Positions 57,184 through 64,000 of a DNA stretch of 64,000 bases are shown in pieces. Numbering within the stretch: the first letter of the stretch is position 1; each line of letters opens with the position of its first letter. The translations under genes were made by a program, and so were the position numbers. Origin of the DNA: a bacterium (GTDB lineage Bacteria; JAHJDO01); contig JAHJDO010000042.1 of assembly GCA_018812485.1 (NCBI GenBank), positions 9,512-73,511 on the forward strand, in the 5' to 3' direction. A model generated the notes under the pieces. That model did no database searches. It was not told where the DNA came from and saw only the letters and a program-made list of their open reading frames with translations.

Positions 57184-57748
57184 GACGTCTAAAAAAGTAC
57201 AACCATGGCAACTATTGTCTACTAAAGAGTTGTTTGCAGTTTCTCCCTGGATTAAAGTTTATGAAGATACGATAAAACTTCCCAGTGGGAGAATCGTTGA
57301 GGATTATTATCGGATTGCACTTCCTGAATATGCAATGATTTATGCTCAGAGAAAGGATGGAAAGGTTCTCTTTGAACGACAATATAAACATGGTCTTGGG
57401 AAAATAACACTTGTTTTGCCAGCAGGAGCTCTGGAAAAAGGGGAAAGGGCTATTGAAACTGCAAAAAGAGAACTGCTTGAAGAAACAGGTTACCAGGCAG
57501 GTAGATGGAAATATGTTGGGTCATTTTTAGTGAATGGAAATAAAGGATGCGGAAGAGCTCACTTTTTTATTGCAAAAGAACTAGAAAAGATTTCTGAGCC
57601 GGTAATTGATGATATGGAGGAACCTGAAATTGTGTTTATTTCTGAGCATTCTATCATGAAGGCAATATTTAACGGTGAAATTTCTACTCTTGCTACTGCG
57701 TCTTTAGTAGCAATTGCAACAAACCCCGCTATATCCCAAATCTATTAG
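57176..57748 (+). CDS. NUDIX hydrolase (likely an NDP-sugar pyrophosphatase)
   Basis: The Nudix box is GALEKGERAIETAKRELLEETGY (GX5EX7REUXEEXGU). Confidence 0.7.
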   Translation: MARTSKKVQPWQLLSTKELFAVSPWIKVYEDTIKLPSGRIVEDYYRIALPEYAMIYAQRKDGKVLFERQYKHGLGKITLVLPAGALEKGERAIETAKRELLEETGYQAGRWKYVGSFLVNGNKGCGRAHFFIAKELEKISEPVIDDMEEPEIVFISEHSIMKAIFNGEISTLATASLVAIATNPAISQIY

Positions 57749-57766
57749 ATAAATAAAGATAGAATA

Positions 57767-58468
57767 ATGAAAGCTATTATTTTGGCAGGCGGATTTGGTT
57801 TGCGTTTACGTGGAACCGTTAAGAATTTACCAAAACCAATGGCTCCGATAACCGGAAGACCTTTCCTTGAATACTTAGTATTACAGCTTAAAAAATGGGG
57901 AATTAACGAAATAATACTTGGGGTAGGATATCTAAAAGGAAAAATTAAATCTTATTTCGGTAATGGCAAACAGTGGGATGTGCATATTATATATTCTGAG
58001 GAAAATAAGCCCTTAGGAACAGGGGGAGCTATCAAGAAGGCGGTTGAATTAATAGATGATGATGAGTTTTTGGTAATGAATGGAGATTCTTTTCTTGATT
58101 TGGATTTCAATCGGATTATTAGTTTTCATCGGAAACAAAAAGCAGTAGCTACTATAGGTATAACCTGTGTTGATGATTTAAGCCGTTATGGTAAGGTAGA
58201 AATTAATAGTAAAAACGAGGTAATTAAGTTTGTTGAAAAAGATTCTGATGTGGGCAGATTTATTAATGGAGGAGTGTACGTCTTCACTCGTAAGATTATT
58301 AATTGCATTCCTATGGGTAAAGTTTCTTTGGAACATGATGTTTTACCTGCCCTTATCAATCAAGGATTATATGGTATGATAACAAAAGGGTTCTTCGTAG
58401 ATATAGGCGTGCCTCAGGATTTCTTTGACCTATGCAAAAATCCCGAAAAGTTATTGAATGCTGTATGA
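57767..58468 (+). CDS. Sugar-1-phosphate nucleotidyltransferase, HddC-like (heptose/mannose-1-phosphate guanylyltransferase type)
   Basis: MKAIILAGGFGLRLRGTVKNLPKPMAPITGRPFLEYLVLQLKKWGINEIILGVGY closely parallels the HddC/GmhD N-terminus. It is a short (233 aa) single-domain nucleotidyltransferase. Confidence 0.7.
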   Translation: MKAIILAGGFGLRLRGTVKNLPKPMAPITGRPFLEYLVLQLKKWGINEIILGVGYLKGKIKSYFGNGKQWDVHIIYSEENKPLGTGGAIKKAVELIDDDEFLVMNGDSFLDLDFNRIISFHRKQKAVATIGITCVDDLSRYGKVEINSKNEVIKFVEKDSDVGRFINGGVYVFTRKIINCIPMGKVSLEHDVLPALINQGLYGMITKGFFVDIGVPQDFFDLCKNPEKLLNAV

Positions 58469-58492
58469 AAAATTAAGGTAACGTAATTAAAA

Positions 58493-60616
58493 ATGTGCGA
58501 TTTCTTTATGAGAGATAAACAAGGATTATTGGCTTTAATAATAGGTGTTTGTCTTTTATTTTGCCTTACTACAAGTTCTTTTTCTGAGTCGACATTAGTT
58601 GAAGGCAATAGTGACTTGATTGTTTTTACTTATACTAAGTATTTAGATGGTAAGCCAGTTTTAATTTTTAGTGAACAAGTATCAGAAAAGTTATCCAATC
58701 TACTCAATAAAGTCGATAATATAGTATTTTGTGATAGTACCCGGCAGGATTTGGCGCTGAAGTTAATTAAGGGAAAGTCAGAGGCAGAAGTTTGGCAGAG
58801 AATGAAGAGCTCTGAACCTGAGATAGCGTACATATTTACAAAAGATGGGGAATTCTATGTGCCAGAAACCATTAAAAATTATGAGTTAAAGGTAAAACTA
58901 AAGCCAAAGGCAGTAGAATCCCGCGTTTACATAAGACCAAAGATACTATCTGACACTTCCCTTCTTGATTCTGGAGCACAACATATGCCTCACGAAGATT
59001 TTCCAGATATTATACTTCAAGGAACTCCCGTATTATTCACCAAAGATATAGAGGCGGATTTAGAAGAATTTCCTGCTTTTAAGCTGGAAGCAGAATTTGA
59101 GAACAAGGGATCAAGTAAGTTACTTATATACCTCGGAATTGATTATACAGGAGATAATATTATTGATAGTTGTCTGAAATTCGAAGATGTGAGTGTGTGT
59201 GAATATAATATTTTTGAATTGGCAAAAACTAAATGGAAAAAGTTCAATAAATTTGTATTAAAAGAAATCTGCTTTCAGATTTTGCCTGAGGATAAAAAAA
59301 AGAATGAGAAAGAAAAAGCAGAAGCAGGGATTTTTAGGATAAAAGATATAAGTTTATTTAACGAGAATTCATTGGCCGTAGTGGAAAAAAAGTATCAGAG
59401 AGCTCAATTGAAATTTCAAGAAGTGAATGCTAAATCCAGCATTATAGAAAAGGATGATACAATTAATATCTCTGTTTGCGTTGAGGATGAACCTGTAGAG
59501 AAGGATCACAAAAAAAAGAGAACCGGGAAGATAAAGATTCAAGTTCCGCTAGAGATAAGAAATTTCCATTATTTTTCATTTAATTATGAATTAGAGGATC
59601 CGGAATTTCAGGATATTAAACTTGCAATTTCAATAAATAAGGAGAATAAAAGAAGGACAATTGGTATTCCTGCAAGCCGGTATACAAAACTTAGAGAAAC
59701 CCAAAAGATAGAAGTCAATCTTAAAAGGATAATCCCTAAAGGATATGAAGTTGAAGATTTAATTATTATACTTGAGCAGAAAGAACTTGATGAAAATGTT
59801 TCTCGAAAAAATAAGTGGCGTCGATTTCAGTTGGCTAATCTCCAGTTATACGAGAAATTTCCTTATTCTTTAAAAACAGAGCAGGGAAAAGAAAATTTTT
59901 TATCTTTGTTATCAATAGTAAATCCACCTCTTGTAAAAATAGATAATCAAATTTTCCACTTAAATGATTTTGTAAGTTGGAAAAATTTCAAAGATTTAGA
60001 AAACAATATTTTGCTAAAGAAATTCGCATTTTCAGTGGGAGAGCATAAGTATGAAAAATTTGAAAATGAAACTTTAGATGTTGAATGGGTGATAATAGAA
60101 CCAGAGGGCGGAGGACAGAGGACAGAGGGCAGAAATGGACCAGAGATTACGTTTAAAAAGATAAATCCTGTAAAATATTTGGTAAAGGTTAAAGGAGCAA
60201 AATCTGCTTTTTGGATGGTGTTTAGTGAGAGTTTTCATAAGCAGTGGAAACTTTATAAAATCAAAAATCAAAAATCAAAAATCAAAAATTTATTTGATGA
60301 AATTGTGGCGGATTATCCGGAATTAGGAGTAAAAGAAGCAAAGAAACTTGTAAAGTTTATTCCTCAGGATATAAACTTTTTATTTGAAAAACCATTAGAA
60401 GCGTCACATCAACTGGTTAATACTTATGCCAATGGTTGGTATATAGAGCCAAGAAAACTGGGATTAGGAGAGGATTTTGTTTTGACAATATATTTCTGGC
60501 CTCAAAGTTTATTTTATCTTGGACTTGGAATATCTGGGCTAACGTTACTTTGTTGTTTAATTTATTTGACATATAGATGTTTTCCCTTCTCTGTCAAGAG
60601 AAGGGGTAGGAGGTGA
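58493..60616 (+). CDS. Secreted/cell-surface protein with an N-terminal signal-anchor and a C-terminal transmembrane helix; it contains an in-frame heptanucleotide simple repeat
   Basis: The N-terminus LLALIIGVCLLFCLTTSSFS is hydrophobic. The body is K/E-rich and soluble. The C-terminus FYLGLGISGLTLLCCLIYLTY is a transmembrane helix followed by a basic tail RRGRR. I recognise no catalytic motif. Confidence 0.4.
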   Translation: MCDFFMRDKQGLLALIIGVCLLFCLTTSSFSESTLVEGNSDLIVFTYTKYLDGKPVLIFSEQVSEKLSNLLNKVDNIVFCDSTRQDLALKLIKGKSEAEVWQRMKSSEPEIAYIFTKDGEFYVPETIKNYELKVKLKPKAVESRVYIRPKILSDTSLLDSGAQHMPHEDFPDIILQGTPVLFTKDIEADLEEFPAFKLEAEFENKGSSKLLIYLGIDYTGDNIIDSCLKFEDVSVCEYNIFELAKTKWKKFNKFVLKEICFQILPEDKKKNEKEKAEAGIFRIKDISLFNENSLAVVEKKYQRAQLKFQEVNAKSSIIEKDDTINISVCVEDEPVEKDHKKKRTGKIKIQVPLEIRNFHYFSFNYELEDPEFQDIKLAISINKENKRRTIGIPASRYTKLRETQKIEVNLKRIIPKGYEVEDLIIILEQKELDENVSRKNKWRRFQLANLQLYEKFPYSLKTEQGKENFLSLLSIVNPPLVKIDNQIFHLNDFVSWKNFKDLENNILLKKFAFSVGEHKYEKFENETLDVEWVIIEPEGGGQRTEGRNGPEITFKKINPVKYLVKVKGAKSAFWMVFSESFHKQWKLYKIKNQKSKIKNLFDEIVADYPELGVKEAKKLVKFIPQDINFLFEKPLEASHQLVNTYANGWYIEPRKLGLGEDFVLTIYFWPQSLFYLGLGISGLTLLCCLIYLTYRCFPFSVKRRGRR
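60261..60288 (+). repeat. Perfect tandem heptanucleotide simple repeat, (TCAAAAA) x 4, inside the coding sequence
   Basis: It is read directly at 60261-60288, with flanking A-runs extending it to about 60257-60290. It encodes ...KIKNQKSKIKN... Confidence 0.85.
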
Positions 60617-60626
60617 GTTAAAAACA

Positions 60627-61577
60627 GTGAAACAAAAAATTAGATATATAATTTTCATTGTTTTATTAGGTTTTGTTATAGGTTTTTTATATAACCACAT
60701 CGTAATTCAAGACTCTTATAGGAAAGATCTGTTCTGCTATAAGAATAGTATTAAATTACATAATTCAGAATACATTAACCTAACCTACATAATTCGTTAT
60801 AAAGAAACCCTGCTTCTGAAAATAGTTTCTTCATCTGCAAAAAAAACAATTGTTTTTAATAATAAAGTTTTAACCCCGTATAAAACACAAAAACACTTTA
60901 GAAAATTAAATAATCTTTTCGTGAAAGAATATTATACGAAACCTATTGATTATGTTCTTATCCCAGCAGATATAGTAAATGTCGGAAAGAATTTACTCAA
61001 AATATCATTCCTGCAAGATGTTCGTGATTGCGTAACAATAAAAATGGGGAATTACCATCGCAATACTAATGATCAGATATTTATCTTATTTAAAGATTCT
61101 CATGTTTTGCCCTTAAAGAAAAGCTCTATTACATATCTATATTCAGCCTTGATTGTCTTATCTCTATCTTTGTTATTAGCGTGGATATCGAAAATTTTAT
61201 TTATTAGAAGACTAGGAACGAAAAAGGATGATATTTATTTAAAGATTCTCATTTTCTTTCTACCTGCGAATATTTTATTTTTTCCAGCATATATAATCCC
61301 AAGAATAGTTGAGCTGAGATTATTTACTACAGCAAGGTTTTTTTATATGCTACAAGCAGTTTCGTTAGGTATTATGTATTCTATATTTTTATATAATTGT
61401 AATAAGGGAATAATAATTGAAAATATTGAGAAATCGTATGCAGACTTAAGAAAGGGGTTTTTGCCAGTACATGCTTTTATGATTGCTATAACCATTATAA
61501 TTATACGCTGTCTAAGATATTTGCGCTCACGAATGATATCACTTTGGCAGTCTATTTCGCGTGTCTTGGATACTTAG
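60627..61577 (+). CDS. Membrane protein, copy 1 of a tandem paralog pair (function unknown)
   Basis: An N-terminal transmembrane helix, a ~150-aa extracytoplasmic region, then 4-5 transmembrane helices. The GTG start at 60627 has an upstream GGAGGTGA. It is at least 70% identical to the next gene. Confidence 0.5.
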   Translation: MKQKIRYIIFIVLLGFVIGFLYNHIVIQDSYRKDLFCYKNSIKLHNSEYINLTYIIRYKETLLLKIVSSSAKKTIVFNNKVLTPYKTQKHFRKLNNLFVKEYYTKPIDYVLIPADIVNVGKNLLKISFLQDVRDCVTIKMGNYHRNTNDQIFILFKDSHVLPLKKSSITYLYSALIVLSLSLLLAWISKILFIRRLGTKKDDIYLKILIFFLPANILFFPAYIIPRIVELRLFTTARFFYMLQAVSLGIMYSIFLYNCNKGIIIENIEKSYADLRKGFLPVHAFMIAITIIIIRCLRYLRSRMISLWQSISRVLDT

Positions 61578-62660
61578 AATTTAGGTTTGTGAAGAGCAAG
61601 AAAAAAGCGGGAAAAAGAATAAGGGATATATAAACAATGAAACGGAAAGTTAGATATATAATTTTTTCTGGTTTATTAAGTCTAATTATAAGTTTTTTCT
61701 ATAACTGCAGCGTAATTCCAGATTCTTATGAGAAAGAGCTGTTCTTCTATGAGGATAGTATTAAGTTACGTGATTCAAAATACATTAATATGACCAACCT
61801 AATTCCTTATAAAGAAACCTTGCTTCTGAAAATAGCCTCTTTATATAAAAGGAAGACAATTATTTTTAATAATAAAATTTTAATTCCGTATAAAACAAAA
61901 AAATATTCCAGGAAATTAAAGAATCTTTTCGTGAAAGAATATTATATAAAACCTGTTGATTATGTTCTCATTACAGCAGATATAGTAAATGTCGGAAAAA
62001 ATTCACTCAAAGTATCTTTCCCTCGAGATGTTCGTGATTGCGTAACAATAAAAATAGGGAATTACCATCGCAATACTAATGATCAGATATTTATCTTATT
62101 TAAAGATTCTCATGTTTTGTCCTTAAAGAAAAGCTCTATTACATATCTATATTCAGCCTTGATTGTCTTATCTCTATCTTTGTTATTAGCGTGGATATCG
62201 AAAATTTTATTTATTAGAAGACTAGGAACGAAAAAGGATGATATTTATTCAAAGATTCTCATTTCCTTTCTACCTGCGAATATTTTATTCTTCTCGACAT
62301 ATATGATCTCAATGACAGCTGATTTAAAACTATTTGTAACATCGGGTTATTTTTATATGCTGCAGATGATTTCATTGGGTATTACGTATTCTATATTTTT
62401 ATATAATTGTAATAAGGAAATAATAATTGAAAATATTGAGAAATCGTATGCAGATTTAAGAAAGGGTTTTTTGCCAGTACATGCTTTTATGATTGCTGTA
62501 ATCGTTATAATTACACGCTGCTTAAGATATCTGCATTCACGGACGATACTATTCTGGCGGTGGTTAAAGTCAAGGTCATTCAGTGATAAATGTGTAATTC
62601 TATTTATGTTCCTTCTCATTGTCTGTACTTTACTATTAATTGCACATTTAGAAATAGCGG
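60640..62660 (+). repeat. Tandem direct duplication, roughly 1010 bp per unit, each unit carrying one paralog gene and containing near-identical DNA blocks
   Basis: 61021-61260 and 62031-62270 are nearly base-for-base identical (ttcgtgattgcgtaacaataaaaat[g/a]gggaattaccatcgcaatactaatgatcagatatttatc...). 61375-61490 and 62385-62500 are likewise. The offset is about 1010 bp. Confidence 0.7.
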
Positions 62661-62746
62661 CAGAGCAGCTGGCAAGTATTGCGTATCTTGCATTGTGTTT
62701 TGGTGTCATTATTAAGTTGGTAAAATCAGTAAGAGAAAAAGATTGA
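61637..62746 (+). CDS. Membrane protein, copy 2 of a tandem paralog pair with an extended C-terminus
   Basis: MKRKVRYIIFSGLL... is collinear with copy 1 and has extra C-terminal transmembrane helices. Confidence 0.5.
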   Translation: MKRKVRYIIFSGLLSLIISFFYNCSVIPDSYEKELFFYEDSIKLRDSKYINMTNLIPYKETLLLKIASLYKRKTIIFNNKILIPYKTKKYSRKLKNLFVKEYYIKPVDYVLITADIVNVGKNSLKVSFPRDVRDCVTIKIGNYHRNTNDQIFILFKDSHVLSLKKSSITYLYSALIVLSLSLLLAWISKILFIRRLGTKKDDIYSKILISFLPANILFFSTYMISMTADLKLFVTSGYFYMLQMISLGITYSIFLYNCNKEIIIENIEKSYADLRKGFLPVHAFMIAVIVIITRCLRYLHSRTILFWRWLKSRSFSDKCVILFMFLLIVCTLLLIAHLEIAAEQLASIAYLALCFGVIIKLVKSVREKD

Positions 62747-64000
62747 ATGAATAATAAATTATATAATTTGATAGCGATAATTCTCTTCACAATTCTTGCT
62801 CTTATAGTTACCTTTCCTGTTATATTTAATATGAGTAAACTAATCTATGGTTATCCTGATGATACAATTGGAACTTTATCTTGTATTTGGTATTATAAGT
62901 TTGCAGTTCTTCATCATTTTAATCCATGTATAAATTTTCACGTTGGTTTTCCTTTTGAAGAATCCTCTCTTGGCTCTGGTGCGATTATTGAGAAGATAAT
63001 AACAGGTCCTATAGCGATTTTAACTAGTGAAATATTTACATGGAACTTGTTTAGTATTTTGAATTTTGCTTTATCTGCAATTCTAATGTATAGCCTGGTA
63101 AGGTATTTGACAGACAACAAAATATCAGCCTTTATCTCAGGAATTATATACGGTTTTTGCCCTCATATTTGTATGCAGTCATTTAATCATATACAGATTG
63201 CTGCAATTCAGTGGATGCCTCTCTACATTTTATTTCTTATGAAATTATTATTTGAGAAAAATTATAAAAATGCACTCTTTTGCGGAATTTTCTATGCATT
63301 AGTCCTGTTGTCAAACGCATACTATGGCTATTACATGCTTTTGTTTACAGTGATATTTATTGTCTTCTTAGTATTAAAACATATCAAAAATCCAGGAGCA
63401 GTGATAAAGAAAAATAGATTCAAAATATTGAAATTAGCTGGTGTAGGCTTTTTAACTTCATTAATTATTATTATTCCATATGAATACAAAATAATTAAGC
63501 CAATTTTTTCAAAAGACAAGAATAATCCAGCTGTGTTCAATCGGCCACTACAGGGATTGATATTTTCCGCAGCCCGACCCAAGGATTTTCTGCTTCCTCC
63601 GCGTACAAATCCTGTGCTCAAGAATATATCCAAGCCATTTATGTCTCCTGATTTCGGCAGTATGATAGACCATACCTTGTATCTTGGATATACACCGCTA
63701 ATTCTATCCATTATAGCAGCAGGCTTTTGGTGGAAAAGAAGGGAAAAGGAAAAAGGGAAAATGGGGAAGTTTAATTTTGTTGTACCATTTTTCGTGGCAG
63801 TCTTCTTCGTCTTTGGAATTATGTCTTCTCCGCCGTGGATTCCTATTGGCGCAGCGAAGCTGAACAGCGCGCCATTCAAGCTTCCAATGCCGTCATATTT
63901 TCTTCATAAAATATTCCCAATGTTCAGGTATTACTCAAGAATGGTTGTTGTAATGATGATATCATTGAGCGTCCTTTCGGGAATTGGGATAAAATTCTTA
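62747..64000 (+). CDS. Partial CDS for a polytopic membrane protein (GT-C/YfhO-like N-terminal architecture); the start is at 62747 and it continues past the window end
   Basis: I translated it by hand from the ATG at 62747: MNNKLYNLIAIILFTILALIVTFPVIFNMSKLIYGYPDDTIGTLSCIWYYKFA... with no stop through position 64000. The ORF track omits it because there is no in-window stop. It has multiple transmembrane helices. Confidence 0.5.
   Translation, partial: MNNKLYNLIAIILFTILALIVTFPVIFNMSKLIYGYPDDTIGTLSCIWYYKFAVLHHFNPCINFHVGFPFEESSLGSGAIIEKIITGPIAILTSEIFTWNLFSILNFALSAILMYSLVRYLTDNKISAFISGIIYGFCPHICMQSFNHIQIAAIQWMPLYILFLMKLLFEKNYKNALFCGIFYALVLLSNAYYGYYMLLFTVIFIVFLVLKHIKNPGAVIKKNRFKILKLAGVGFLTSLIIIIPYEYKIIKPIFSKDKNNPAVFNRPLQGLIFSAARPKDFLLPPRTNPVLKNISKPFMSPDFGSMIDHTLYLGYTPLILSIIAAGFWWKRREKEKGKMGKFNFVVPFFVAVFFVFGIMSSPPWIPIGAAKLNSAPFKLPMPSYFLHKIFPMFRYYSRMVVVMMISLSVLSGIGIKFL

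Noticed and set aside
1-64000. CRISPR arrays, rRNA or tRNA genes, transposases, integrases or phage genes that would mark a mobile island
   Set aside because: I see no direct-repeat and spacer periodicity, no rRNA-like conserved stretches, no tRNA candidates, and no DDE/tyrosine-recombinase motifs in any ORF. The locus looks chromosomal and operonic rather than mobile.

Overview
This AT-rich window (roughly 33-36% GC by eye) is almost wholly one strand-consistent (+) glycan/polysaccharide biosynthesis and modification locus, running from about 3.7 kb to at least 58.5 kb, with no gaps large enough to hold unannotated genes. At its 5' side sit a minus-strand DUF1559/prepilin-like gene, a divergent XRE-cupin regulator, and a secreted lectin-like protein that runs off the window start. 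The prepilin-like DUF1559 protein (N-terminal methylation motif, C-terminal FADGHV) points to a PVC-superphylum organism, plausibly Omnitrophota-like. That taxonomic call is inference.

The locus is unusually dense in radical SAM enzymes. I count 12: six class-B (B12-binding domain plus radical SAM) and six SPASM/twitch-type, one of which is fused to a GT2 glycosyltransferase. Interleaved with them are about nine glycosyltransferases (GT2, GT4, GT9, GT-C/YfhO-like), about seven class I SAM methyltransferases, NDP-sugar dehydratases/epimerases, and a Wzx-like flippase. There is also a tandem pair of Cys-rich TIGR04076-like proteins. A PNP/MTAP-family phosphorylase plus a phosphoribosyltransferase look like a built-in 5'-deoxyadenosine salvage route.

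The 3' part of the locus carries a sugar-nucleotide module: a GDP-fucose-synthase/ColC-like enzyme, a split transketolase, an HddA-like GHMP kinase, a ColD/E1-like His-variant PMP-dependent 3-dehydratase, a NUDIX hydrolase and an HddC-like guanylyltransferase. Together these suggest a GDP-linked deoxy or dideoxy sugar, or a heptose.

The 3' end holds a secreted protein with a perfect heptanucleotide simple repeat (4 x TCAAAAA), two tandemly duplicated paralogous membrane-protein genes with near-identical DNA blocks, and a further membrane protein running off the window. I see no rRNA, tRNA, CRISPR array, transposase or integrase.

My overall reading is a previously undescribed, radical-SAM-heavy glycan tailoring system, probably anaerobic, carrying out C-methylation, oxidation or epimerisation of sugars. 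Every functional call comes from motif recognition in the translations and should be confirmed with HMM and structure searches.
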